Source: Zygnema circumcarinatum SAG 698-1b
Taxonomy: Eukaryota; Plantae; Zygnematophyceae
NCBI GenBank assembly: GCA_037447605.1
Contig: CM074804.1
Location: 4,999,909-5,063,908 of the forward strand
Direction of reading: 5' to 3'
DNA: 64,000 nt
Both the position numbers and the translations under genes were made by a program. Below, one piece after another: positions 23,140-34,703 of this stretch. The notes below the pieces were generated by a model. The model was not told where the DNA came from, did not search any database, and saw only the letters and a program-made list of their open reading frames with translations. Numbering within the stretch: position 1 is the stretch's first letter; every line of letters starts with the position of its first letter.

Positions 23140-23938
23140 ACAAGATAAGTGGGGTTAAAAGGAGATTGCTGAGCTAGTTGCAGGTGCTGTACGGCCACTC
23201 GAGCGTCCGTGCTGAAACTGATGAAGGGTTGGGTTGGTGCCGTGGGTCTGCCTGCAGCATAGAGCCAGGATCCGGGGGATTCAGAGGTACGCGCAGCGGA
23301 AGACGTAGGGATCCTGAAGATGTTCCCACCGGCGGCTGGACTCGATGCGCAAAGAGCCCTTCCTTGGGGGCTCTCCTCCCCTGTCCTCTCCTCGGCTAGT
23401 CTCTTAGCTAGGCTTCTAGTTATCATTGGTCATTGGGAGGAATGTAAGGCAGGATAGAACAAGATGGTAGCTTGGCATAGTGACAGCAAAGGGAAAACAG
23501 GACTCAACTTAGATAAAGGTTGTATTTTGGAAAGTCACCCCAGCCAGCGGTTGGCTGGGGATAGTCATTACAATGAAAGGATCTTCTCACTGAAATCTTT
23601 GTCTAGCTGGGCTGAATGGGACGTCTAAATGCTATCAGCAAGAAGACTCTTTCTCTCTCTCTCTCTCTATCTATGGCATGGAACTCTCTCTCTCTCTCAC
23701 ACTTAGCATCTGTTGCTGGAACTGAAGAGGAAGAAGAGAAGAACAAGACAACAAACCACACAGCAAATACAAATACTAAGCCCAGCACTAAAAGACAAAC
23801 AAGCATCACTGACATCCCATCTACTTAACACTGACAATAGATCTTGAGCCTTAGCAGTGACAGTCCCTGATTGGCCAACTGCCCACTGAGAGGCCTGACT
23901 GACTACGTGAGGCCTTCTGATAGGTCAACTGCTGACAA
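23140..23938 (-). mobile_element. Possible LTR-retroelement remnant: LTR-like segment starting TGTCA plus a gag-like ORF start (MITRSLAKRLAEE..) at 23426
   Basis: The minus strand begins TGTCAG, contains GA microsatellites, and runs into an M-x-T-R-S ORF that stops making sense at the MITE end. I found no clear PBS, second LTR or pol. Confidence 0.3.
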
Positions 23939-24369
23939 TCGGCGGCATTTTGCGGCGCTTCCGAGTGCGCCTAGCTGGATGGTGTGCTGTTCCGTGGGCC
24001 GCCAACACATGGCGCCGCCTTCTCGCATTTTCCGTCGGCAATTCCTGGATCAGGCCGGTCCGTGACACTGAATAGGAATATGGCAAGTACAACTGAACGG
24101 ACGCGGATCCGTCGAGCGCACCTCCGTTGTGCTACACCCCCCACTTGTAGTACGAACACTACGGACAGTACGAATAGTACGGCTAACACAAAGTTATCGT
24201 ACAAAAAGGTGGTTTCGGCAAAATCGGGGCGAATTTCTTGAGGACGCACTCCTTAGGGCGGTAAATACGAGGACTTTTGTTGACTGTACTGTACAGTACA
24301 GTACTGTACTTTGCCGTACGGTCCTCTATCTACTGTACGGGTGGCATGTCAGCATGCGCCCCCTCTGCC

Positions 24370-24543
24370 GGTTTCCAACCGGCGAATTCTGCTGCCCTGG
24401 TTTGCAACCAGCGAATTCTGCTGCCCGGGTTTCCAACCGGCGAATTCTGCTGCCCGGGTTTGCAACCAGCGAATTCTGCTGCCCGGGTTTCCAACCGGCG
24501 AATTCTGCTGCCCGGGTTTGCAACCGGCGAATTCTGCTACGCG
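24370..24543. repeat. Minisatellite of six 29-bp units, GGTTT(C/G)CAACC(G/A)GCGAATTCTGCTGCCCG, alternating A/B variants
   Basis: Directly visible; units are contiguous with no spacers. Confidence 0.95.
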
Positions 24544-25624
24544 GGTTTGCCGGCACGACGACGTCATACGGTACCTTATCTTATGTCATACCGTACGGAA
24601 CTTGTTAATTCGAAGACCTCTGTTTTTTGCGAAAAGATTGATAACGGGGTGAATTGGCATTGAAAAGAGGAACCATGGCCCACATTGACGACCTGCACGG
24701 CTCTCTTTTAGACCCGTGTTGCTAGGCCTAGAAAAAAAGTTCCGCGAATACGTTCCTAGGTCATTTGTAACTAGTTCACACTTGCTCTACAATTTTGTCT
24801 TTGTCCAAGACATTTGATGCCAATGCCATTGTGAGATAAATGCCAATTCACCCTCCTTGAATTTGAGTGTTGCAACAGTGTTCATGGGTGTACTGACAAC
24901 TCACAAACCCGGATGATCCACTCGGAACCCTCGACTTCCAACAGGTTTTCGTTTTGGCAGATGCGCAATGCTGATGCGCGAGACGTGACATGGAGGCTGA
25001 AAATATGGACAACCACTCCAAACTCACCTTCCGATGATCGAACAAGCATACGTTTGGCACAATGCCAGCCTCAAAATCACATTAACTACAAACACTGTAA
25101 TTCGGGCAACCTGTTTTCTCTCCTCTCAACCAACGATTGCTGCATTTGAACCATGACGTCGCACTGCGAGGACAACGTGAAACATTTTCAACTTTGGAAA
25201 CATGAGAAAAGCCCGCTTAATGAGAGAACAATCTCGAACGTCCACATGGAGCGGCTCTCTGCACTGCAACAAATTCACTCCCAACAGGAACTGGCCCTTT
25301 ATGCAAACAAAACTGCAGACCGACGATGGCCGTTCCATGCTGTCCATATCCTTCGGATCAGCCATGTGTCATAGAGAAAAGGCTTCAACAGGCCATAGTC
25401 ACGAATCCTGACGTGGAAATCGTCATGAAAAAGGGACTCGTACTTTACATGTGGCTAACGCGACATCGCAGAAATTGTAGAGCAGGTACCAGCCGGGCTC
25501 TAGAAGTGATAATAATCGCCTTCATATGTTTCATGTACAGCAACTCCGTTTAACAAAGTGCCTGTCAGCAATATGACAGCTCACAAACATTCCAAAAACT
25601 CCACAAAAGTGTCTCTGCGCCCCT

Positions 25625-28600
25625 TCAGGACTTCTCCACGAGGATTTGATGTCTTCGCCGTTCCCGCACGTATCTGATCAGCTCTCTTGCAAATGACAGG
25701 CCTACATGAAGGAACACTGGAACAAAGAAAGGCTGTCCAAACCGCCACAAAAATAGTATAAGAAGAGGCACCTGCTTTGCCTCTGTAACGAATTTAAAAT
25801 CAGCACTTAGCCAGTATCAAAATTTCTCATAGATCTTATTGTAAATAAGTGTAAGTGGCAGCGCGCAAAAGGAAATTTCATCACCGCTATCGATTATTCA
25901 ATAGCAAGATCAACACTCCATTCTTCTGTTGGTCAGTTTGAGCCACTCTCAGACAACCTATCACTTCACAGCGAGCAAAAAAAGTAAAAACGGGTGGAAG
26001 AGCAAAGCAAATCGATGAATAATTCGAATCCTTTGAAACTCACCGTATATACTGCTAAATGATGTTCCAATGGGAAATATAGCAAAGCCATCATGGAGGG
26101 ATCAAAGAATGCATCTTCAGCTTGTGCCCGGGCCCTCCGAGCTGCTGCAGCAGACGGCTCATACGCTCCCACTCCCACCATGCCTCTTACCTCGTGGGCA
26201 TTTTTTAATGCGGAGGTGACTTTTGCCCCAATCTCATGTTTTATTACCATGCTTGGCAGTGATTTCACCTACAGAAGCGAAGTTTTACAAACTAGTCAAA
26301 AGCACGCCACACTTATGCGATCGCGGAAACAACTAAATCATAAAATTTATATGCTGTTAGCATATGTTTCATGAGAAATGAAAACGAGATGGCCCTTTTC
26401 ACTTCGACCATTGAACGAGCATGATCACAATGTATACGCGGATGCATGCTTCCACAAAGGCGTTCGTTCGCTGTCGCTCAAGGCTCCTTCACCGCTAAGA
26501 TCCCATAGTTTGATTGTCGATGGAAGCATTCAAAGGCTAGAAAGACACATTTTCTTTTCATACAAGCACAGATCTTCACAGATCGCACCGAACATCTTTT
26601 AGCTTTAGTCTAATGAATTTCACAGAAATTGACTTCTGAGAGGGCTAAGAGGCTGCTTTGCTCCCTTACCAGTTTCGACAGAGACGCAAGTGTTGCAGTC
26701 GCCGCGTTTGAATCCTCCACCAATCTTTGTCGGAGCAGATAATCGACTTCCCACTCGGCGAAACCCGTTTCGCGAGAGGGGAGAATTGTAGCCTCTGAAT
26801 TGCTCTCTGATGGATACTGGCCTGGCAGCTGAAAAAGTGTTCGAATTTGTGCAACAATGGTCCTCATTGCAGGTTCAAGATCGTCTGCTGAAAGCAGTCT
26901 ATGCTTATACCCATTCACCTTTTGTGCACCGCTCTCCTGTTGATGGCAAAAATGAGGATTGTAAATGATAACCCCCCCCCATCCGGGAGAGGTGAAGGCA
27001 TTGGTGGGTGACAGTCGGCCACTGGAAAGACGAAGATGAAGGGGGGATTCTGACCTACCCGGCACATACCTGCACACGCAAAAAATTGTGACCGCAATGA
27101 ATCACATGGTACAAGCGGAGTTTTTGAGCTTGCCAACTAGCATGGATTGACCAAACACGTGGAAGTATAATCCATGACTGCCATACGCAGTAAAAGTTTA
27201 CAAGAATTTGAAGTCAGCTTCCTGGTGCCCTGGCAATGTGCAACACTGCCCAAGAAAACTGAAAATCATGCTTTTGATGATAAAATCGACACGTACACTG
27301 CAAAGTGGAGAAGTTTTGATCTTCCAGTTGCTCCAATTGAGGAATCAAGATGCCATTCATTGGCATTAACGAAGAAAAGCCAGTCTGAAAATGCCACCTC
27401 ATACACATCTGTCACAGAATTCCACACAGCCTCTGCTCCTTTTGCGGTATAATAAAGCACCTGCTCGCAAAACACGTGCAACAATTGTGTTGGAGAAAGG
27501 CCGCAGTTAGCTGACACTCAAATAAACAGTCGACCACTAGTCAAATGTTCAGCCATAGAAGCGAGGTTTGTTGGTCATCCTTATCCTGGCACAGACAAAT
27601 GGAATGGCATGAGAATGCCCGATGCAGCAATGGCTTCGCGCCTCTCAGATTTTAACCAGCAATACTTGAAATCTTATTCATTAAATTTTCTCCAGCAGCT
27701 TCAGCGCCAACTTTTCTGTCATTATTACATTTCAAACTTGCTCCTCACGCCTCACTTCACATCAAGAGAGCCTGGACAGCTAACTGACCTAATAGTCTCT
27801 GCTACTTAGACACAATGTTAGTGTAAAAATGAATTGGAATCACAACAGCAATCTCTCAAACCCCAAGCCCAACCTTAAGCGCATGCAGCATCAACCTGTC
27901 AGTCAACAATCAACAACGTTTTTCTGTTCATGGAAACACCGGCCCACCTGACTTTCCACAGATAGTTCAGCCACCGGCGCTAAGACCTCAACAATGGGAT
28001 CCAAGAAGCGTCTCTTCACTTCTGCAAAATCCCTTCACACGTCCCCAGATCTATATTGGCCTGAACCTCATGCGAGTAAACTTCAAAGTACATGCTCGTA
28101 CAGTTTCATAAGAACCGAAAAGCTGCCGAAAAGAAAAGACATTCACATTCGAAGGACGCCTCTTGAAGTGCATGTATTCCTCAACCCAAGTTCTTGCGAT
28201 ACATGTTCCTCCTTTATGTCCAGCTGGAGTGTCCATGCACTGGCACTAATCAGCCTTATTCAAAGGAGCTCCATAACTCACCAGTCGAAAATCCAGTCAT
28301 CGTCTGGATACGCATTCAGCAAACTAAAGCTCAATATTGCACTTCCGTCAGCTGCAAGAGGAAGACTTTGAGAGGTTTCATCGTTCTGGATCCTTTCCCC
28401 CTTCCCTCTGCCTTGGCCGAACTCCTTCTGTCCCCCATTGCTGAAGTACGTGGTTGCAACATCTGCAATTAGTGGAATCACCTTCTCCTGCAAAGCTTCA
28501 GTGCTAAAATCGATTGTCTCGAGCCAGGCGTTTCTATACTTTCCAACAATTGCACTCAAGCTGCCATGTACTTCAGTATGCAGCGAATGCGGTGATATTG

Positions 28601-30155
28601 AATCGCTTACTCCAGACTCATCCTCCTTCAATTTTGCCGCTTTAATATTATCCACTTCGATAAGTGTAGAATCCATTTTTTTATCATTGCCGACAAAAAC
28701 TAAAATTCGGTATAGACCATGCCGTTCTACTTCAGAGAACCCCATATGTATGCTGAAATCTCTCAACCAGTTATCAAAACCATCTGCATTTAAAACCTGT
28801 ATGGCCTCCTCTACCCCCCCTTCAGTCAAACAACAAGGCCAACTTTCCGTTTTCCTACAAATGCTCAAGACGTTGGAGCTCTTACATGCAGCCCCTCCAC
28901 TACATGTCATCATTTCCTTGATCATGCTCCCACCTGTATCTGCATATGGAAGATGAGACGAGCTCAGGCATTTGTCCCCACTATCAATTATGACACTGAC
29001 GCTGAATCGAGAATTGTTGCTTGCTGCTTCATCCAGCCTTGGAAGAATAATTTTTTTTAGAGAGTCTGGCGTATACTCCCTCATCCATTTCAGCCCTGGC
29101 CCCTGACTAACCAAGAATACCACCTGAAGATGTTGTGGAACCAAAAGAGGATCAGAGGTGGTCAGCAAGCTGTGCTTATCAATAGCAACAAATGGAAGTG
29201 GAAACCGGTGTATTTTGGTCAACTGCCACCAGACTGGTACACCTGCACAAGAATTCAGATTCTACAGATTCAGAATGTGCAGACAGGCAATGAGCCAGCA
29301 GGATGCGAAATGAAGCTCTGAATGATTTGCCTGAAGTAAGGAAAAATTCTGAATAACCTTCAGCAGATTGATAGAGCAAAAGCAGAGAGTTCTCACAATT
29401 TTCAATGTAAACAGTTTCAGGCTACATTGAGGAGGACATTCTCAACGTGGTCACTGCTGCCTCGTTTCTACAGGCCTTTTGGGTATTCGACGGCAATGCC
29501 ATGATCTCCTTCAATCTCTAGTCTTTTTTATTTTTTGCACATGAGTTCACGCAATCATGAATTTACGATTGCTCTACAAAAGCACTACCTATTGTTGGGT
29601 AGACTTTAAGATTTCTTCCTTTGTTGCAGCATCCTTGTGAAGCAAAGGACGCACATCAGTTCATAGCAAGTCTATGTGCAGTTGAAAGCATCAAATAGCA
29701 CAAACTGGAATTTGTGAAGTTTTGTTGCAACCTTTGCAACAGGTTGCAAAAGTTGCTTCTACAGGGTGACGATGAAGAGTATGTGGACTTTCCGGAAATT
29801 GGGTAGGAAAAAAAAATCAAGGCATACTGTCTAGCTTTCGATTCAATGTACTTTTGCACAAAAGCCAACCAGAAATAAAGCTACAACTGTACGCAGCTCT
29901 TCCTTAACCATGCCTTTTTACAATATTTTCAATAGCTTCTTGTCTACATATGTTTCTTCTCCAATACGCATTACAGAATTAAAAACCTCCAGGGTGCAGT
30001 TTGATGGTAGTGCAAAGCCCATGTTACGCCCCTGCTGGGCGGGATCTATAGCACGTACCGAGAAGGAGGCTGAACAATACGCTGCTGGCTATAAGAAGTC
30101 TTTTATATCCGGGAGGATGCAACTTTTGCCGCGCATGTCCATCGGTGTCAGACAT
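25625..30155 (-). CDS. PIGS: GPI transamidase component PIG-S (GPI17)
   Basis: Exons encode PPGYKRLLIASSVLFSLLLG, LFFVNANEWHLDSSIGATGRSKLLHFAVYV, NAFTSPGWGGVIIYNP, EWEVDYLLRQR, AEDAFFDPSMMALLYFPLEHHLAVY and PFFVPVFLHVGLSFARELIRY*, matching plant PIG-S motifs. The start at 30155 is approximate. Confidence 0.9.
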
Positions 30156-30480
30156 CTCTCTGCCTTCATTCACAGAATGTTTGACGACGGTTCCATAGCC
30201 TGCTTGATATCCCCAAGTCTTGGAAGGAGCAACCCGCAGCCGCCTGCAGTGACGTATCGCTCTTATCGTAGTCGAATTGTACCGAATGATACCGTGCGCA
30301 TCGGATCCGCTGCAGCTTCGGGCGCCAGTCGCAGCCTGCATCGCTCACGACTCGGCTCGCTGAGCAGAACGTTCTTGCGTTGGGTGGCGCCCGTACATTC
30401 TCTGTCTGGGAGTATTTCTGCACTATCCGGAGGTTTTCTTGCATTTTGAATAGTTTTGGGTCCTTTTATAGAGCGCGTCC

Positions 30481-31940
30481 ATGGCTCTGTGAGTGGTTTC
30501 TGCCTGAAAACCCAGATGCAGGTGCACTGACTTCTCGGTTTCGTGCTAGATAGGTTTTGTTTATCGGGCTGGCTTTTAACTGTTCAGAAAGTCCAGGGAA
30601 GTGTAGCAGTTTTTGCTTGCTCGGTTTTTTTGGCCCCACTTGAAACTGGTAGTGAATGTGGTGTCACTAAGAGAGGAAGGCTTTGGAGTTATTGAATGAT
30701 CCTGCCGAAGGTCCTTTGAGCTTGACGGGAAATTGGATGGCGTAGTTGATGAAATTAGGGGGAAAAACCATTCGCTGTACAGAAATTCATCTGTAAATAG
30801 ACCTCCGACTCCAGAACTTGACTACGGTGATCAGCAGCCTGCGGCTCCCTCACTACAAGAGTTAGTCAATATAAAGGTGACTTTTTCTATTTTTTTCTGA
30901 AATTTAATTGCTCGGGATGTATTCAATAAATATTTTTTAGGTCGTTGACTGCATAGCTCGGGATCGCAACCGAGCGGCCCCACAACCCTTTGTTGACAAG
31001 GTAGAACAAATGACCAGTCTGCTTTCCAGACAATTCTATTCTGAGAAGCGTATCTCTATCTTGTCATAACGTCTTTCATCTGTTTCTTACGCATGTGGCA
31101 GTTCATTGAAAGTGGGGAGAAGGAGCGGTTGAAAGAGCTTTTAAGAGAGCGGTTAATTGAGTGTGGTTGGCGAGATGACTTGAAGGCTCACGCGAGGTAA
31201 AAATTTCTTCTCTAACTCGTCATTATATGTTGTGTTGTTTCGAAGAAGAAAGTTTTTTGCAGAGAACCTGCTGATAACTTTTGGCGTGGCCCAAATCGGC
31301 GACCTTCGGGGGCATGTGAAAATTGAGTTTACTGGTCTGTTTCCCTGTGACACTGAGTAGGGCATTCACCAGGAAAAAAGGCAGTGGAAATTTCACGATG
31401 GATGAACTTATCCGCACCATCACTCCACGAGGCCGAGGTGAGCCTTGGGTTGAGATAAGCTTGAGACGTGCAAGTGATCTTTATAGAAAATGCAACATTG
31501 CTGTCCACATTAAGCCCAACAATTCAGCGGACTCCTCGTAAAGTATGAAGACCTCCACACGCTGGTGATTTGCGGCTTTTATTCAGTTCTGATGTTTTCA
31601 AAGTTATCTACTATGTTGCTTAGCAAATATACTTGTTGTGGGTGGTTGGATGCGTACTTGAACCTTACATTGCGTTTGTACAGCTAGCTCTTATGTTTTA
31701 TTATTTTCAAAGTCTGCTGACATGTTGTATCCTCTTCAGAGTATGCATACATCACATTTGTGATGATGGTTTTCTCTGGCGAAACTTTCGGTGTTTTGAC
31801 ATGGATAAAGCCTCGAAGGAGTTGCCCAGAAGAGCGCTAAAACTGATTTTGTCTTTTGTTCTTGTGGTGCAGCTTCTGTACCAGACTCAGTGAAGGCAGA
31901 ACTGCTACACAGAATTTGGAATTTCATAATGGCCAGCTGA
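30481..31940 (+). CDS. ENY2: Transcription and mRNA export factor ENY2/SUS1 (exons ~30481-30488, 30801-30876, 31102-31196, 31361-31437, 31873-31940)
   Basis: Spliced product ..[18 protein letters not shown]|[32 protein letters not shown]|[26 protein letters not shown]|[21 protein letters not shown]. The first micro-exon is less certain. Confidence 0.92.
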
Positions 31941-32645
31941 AATGCACACCAGCTCCGTTTGCATGTAAAAAGGAAAAAAGAAATAAATGTAGTGGATGTA
32001 CCTTCCATATCTGTATATTTGTCCTTTTCAATTTTGAAGAGGTGGGGTTGAATTGCATGTTGGTGGTTTACTTGGTGTGTTCTGATCGCGTTAATTCGTT
32101 CACCTATTTTTTGTCACCTGTCTTAACACCCTCAAACAGCTCCATGCTTCCTTCGTGTCTCAGACAGCCAAGGCCTAGCACATGGTCGTCTGCCTCTCTA
32201 GACGGTGGTTGTCCACACGTGCTGGCCTTCTTCGCCTTCTGTCAGATTTGGTTGCTGCTTTTGGGGGAGTTGTGCGAAAAAGCAGACCTTGCAAGCTCAT
32301 GTTGTACGAAGGATAGGAGGAGTTGTGAAGGAGATGTTGTGAAGGAGATGTTGTGAGGATTAAAGAAGGATTCAGCGAGCAGTTAGATATGGTGTACGGT
32401 CTGCCTGTAAATTGTGCGAGCGTGATTTTGAGATTCTGAATTTATGAGAATTCGTACGCACTAAAGTGATTCCGGGGTCACGAGCCATGCCAAAATGCCG
32501 GGATCAGTAAAACTGCACGAGTTGGAACTGGTTGCGACTAAAGAAGGAAACGTCAAAGAATGGCGATAAAACGGCTTTGAAGTGAAGCGGCTTTGTTGGT
32601 GGACTTCCGCCGCTCCCTCCTCGCAACGTGCCTCACATCGGTGAC

Positions 32646-33614
32646 CTTCGCGGCTGCTTCTAGGGCTGCGTTGTTGTGCCTAGGCGTAGTTTTCCGCTCC
32701 TAGCTTCGTTTTATTGTGTTTCGGTCCTTTGTGACCAGTCCTTCGTGGTTCCACATTTTGCCTTTATCCATGTAAATTTGATGGCCTCGCCATCGCGAGT
32801 TCAATGAAAGTTTGCCCTACTTTGAAGTGGAAACGAATGATAAGGATCGATACTGATGAAGCTGCATTCGTTACCTTCCGATGCAGATACATAAGACAAT
32901 CCATCCAATCCGACCAACCAAGTGTCCGTCTCCTTGTAGAGCAGCCACATCTGCAATGAAGGCCAGCGTTGCCTTCTTCCAGTTTAGCAAGAAGACCTCA
33001 TTTTGAAAACCAAATCGAGTCACATTTTGCAAAATTCTCCACTTATAAACCAGTCATGGCTATGGCTATAGCTGCAGATATCTCCCCCGCTTGGCAGGAG
33101 CTCTGCAAGCATTCTAATGCTATGGCTTCACATTGACGATGTCTCCAGTTCTTCACTGCATCATAGCCGAGGGCTCTAGGGTCGCGTTGTTGACCCTAGG
33201 CGTAGCTTTCAGCTCCTAGTTTTTTTCTTTTGTCCTTAGCTCCTTTGCGACCAGTTTCTCGTGGTTCCCCATAATCGTTTTGGCCATGTACATTTGATGG
33301 CATCATCGCCATCGTGAGATCAATGCCACATCACTTCCACATTCAATTTAGCCTGCACTCCATAACTCAGCACTGCCAATCAGGATCTGCCAAGTACGCA
33401 AATTGTCAAGTATTGTTTTGCAATGTAGATAAATATCAGAGAGAAAACGGCATTGAACTCACGATGGCGAGGCCATCAAATGTACATGGACAAAAGCAGC
33501 ACGGGGAACCACGAGGGACTGGTCGCAAAGGACCTGAGCACAAAAGAAAAAAGCTAAGAGCGGAAAACTACGCTTAGGCGCAACAACGCAGCCGTCCCTA
33601 GAAGCAGCCGCGAA
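32646..33614. repeat. Three near-full copies of the ~170-bp dispersed repeat (32646-32806 +, 33174-33329 +, 33449-33614 -)
   Basis: Aligned by eye: TCTAGGG..GCGTTGTTG..CCTAGGCGTAG.TTTCCGCTCCTAG..GGTCCTTTGCGACCAGT..CGTGGTTCCCC..TGTCCATGTACATTTGATGGC..GCCATCGTGAG.TCAATG. Confidence 0.85.
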
Positions 33615-34703
33615 GATAAATATCGCTTTGAGAGGTATCGACGAATATCCTTTACAATGTATTCCTAAATGTCGCTCTGCGATGTGTCGAGCTGCGGCTG
33701 AATCTAACGCCTCCGTTCGCTGCGCGGTGCCGCGCGGCTCGAGCGCGGACGGGCGGGCGCATGCCGAGAGCGGAGACGCCGCCGAGCGAGAGGAGCCGCT
33801 TGCCCGCGCCGCCTCTGCCCCTATCTATACCTCTCTCTCGCTTTCCCCCATTCTCAGCGAACAGCCTCTTTTTTTTTTGTTTCTTGGATCCCTCTTTTTT
33901 CCTATCCTTTCCCATCTTCCGCTCTCCCTCTTATTCCGCTTCATGGACCGCGATGGAATGCAGCCTCCATTGCAAGCAGAGAATCAAGTACGCATTCGCA
34001 TGCACAATCGGAGGTTACAAGCACCTTTCCCTGATGAAGGACTTGCCCCACTTTTTTAAATTTGCAATGTAAAAATATCAATGTAAACAATCAATTCTAC
34101 ATATCAAACTGTTTAATTGGATTGCGCTCAAACAATGTGGCAACATTCACAAACGATCCAAACAACCTGTTATTCGCTGAGTTTGGAAGGCATTAGTATC
34201 CATTCAAAAAGTGATTCTAGTGATCTCAAAGGTTGAAACCAACTCTTTTCTGACTAAGCGTCTATTTAATCAATAGTTGTCCATAAATGTTCTGCACACA
34301 TACGCATTAATCATTGCTTCTGCACACTAACAAACATTGGAAAGGGACCACTGCCACAGCATGGTCGGTAACCTTGGACAAACGAAAGACGGAAGAAACC
34401 TTCGTAACTTTTTACACTTGTAAGTAGGGTAACCGTAAAGAAAGCCATGCTGCCGCACAGGATGCCCTGCCTGCGGACGCTTCAAACGACACGATCACTT
34501 TCCTTGAAAAAGTGAACTTTGAGTTACAGCTTTCCCGATTCTCCGCTCCCGAAAACAGAATTTGGTCTCGTCACTATGAGACTAAACCGGAGCTGCCATT
34601 GGCACATATCTCGTTTGCCGGTACAACTCCAAGGCCTACCCATCCGACCACAATGGTACAAAGCACCCACAATTAGTCTCTCCAATTACTCATAGGATTC
34701 ACA

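Noticed and set aside
24370-24543. CRISPR array (29-bp repeats with a palindromic core)
   Set aside because: The repeats are contiguous with no unique spacers, there are no cas genes, and the context is eukaryotic.
24129-24663. ORFs with repeated PANSAARV / RRILLPGF peptides
   Set aside because: Translations of the 29-bp minisatellite.
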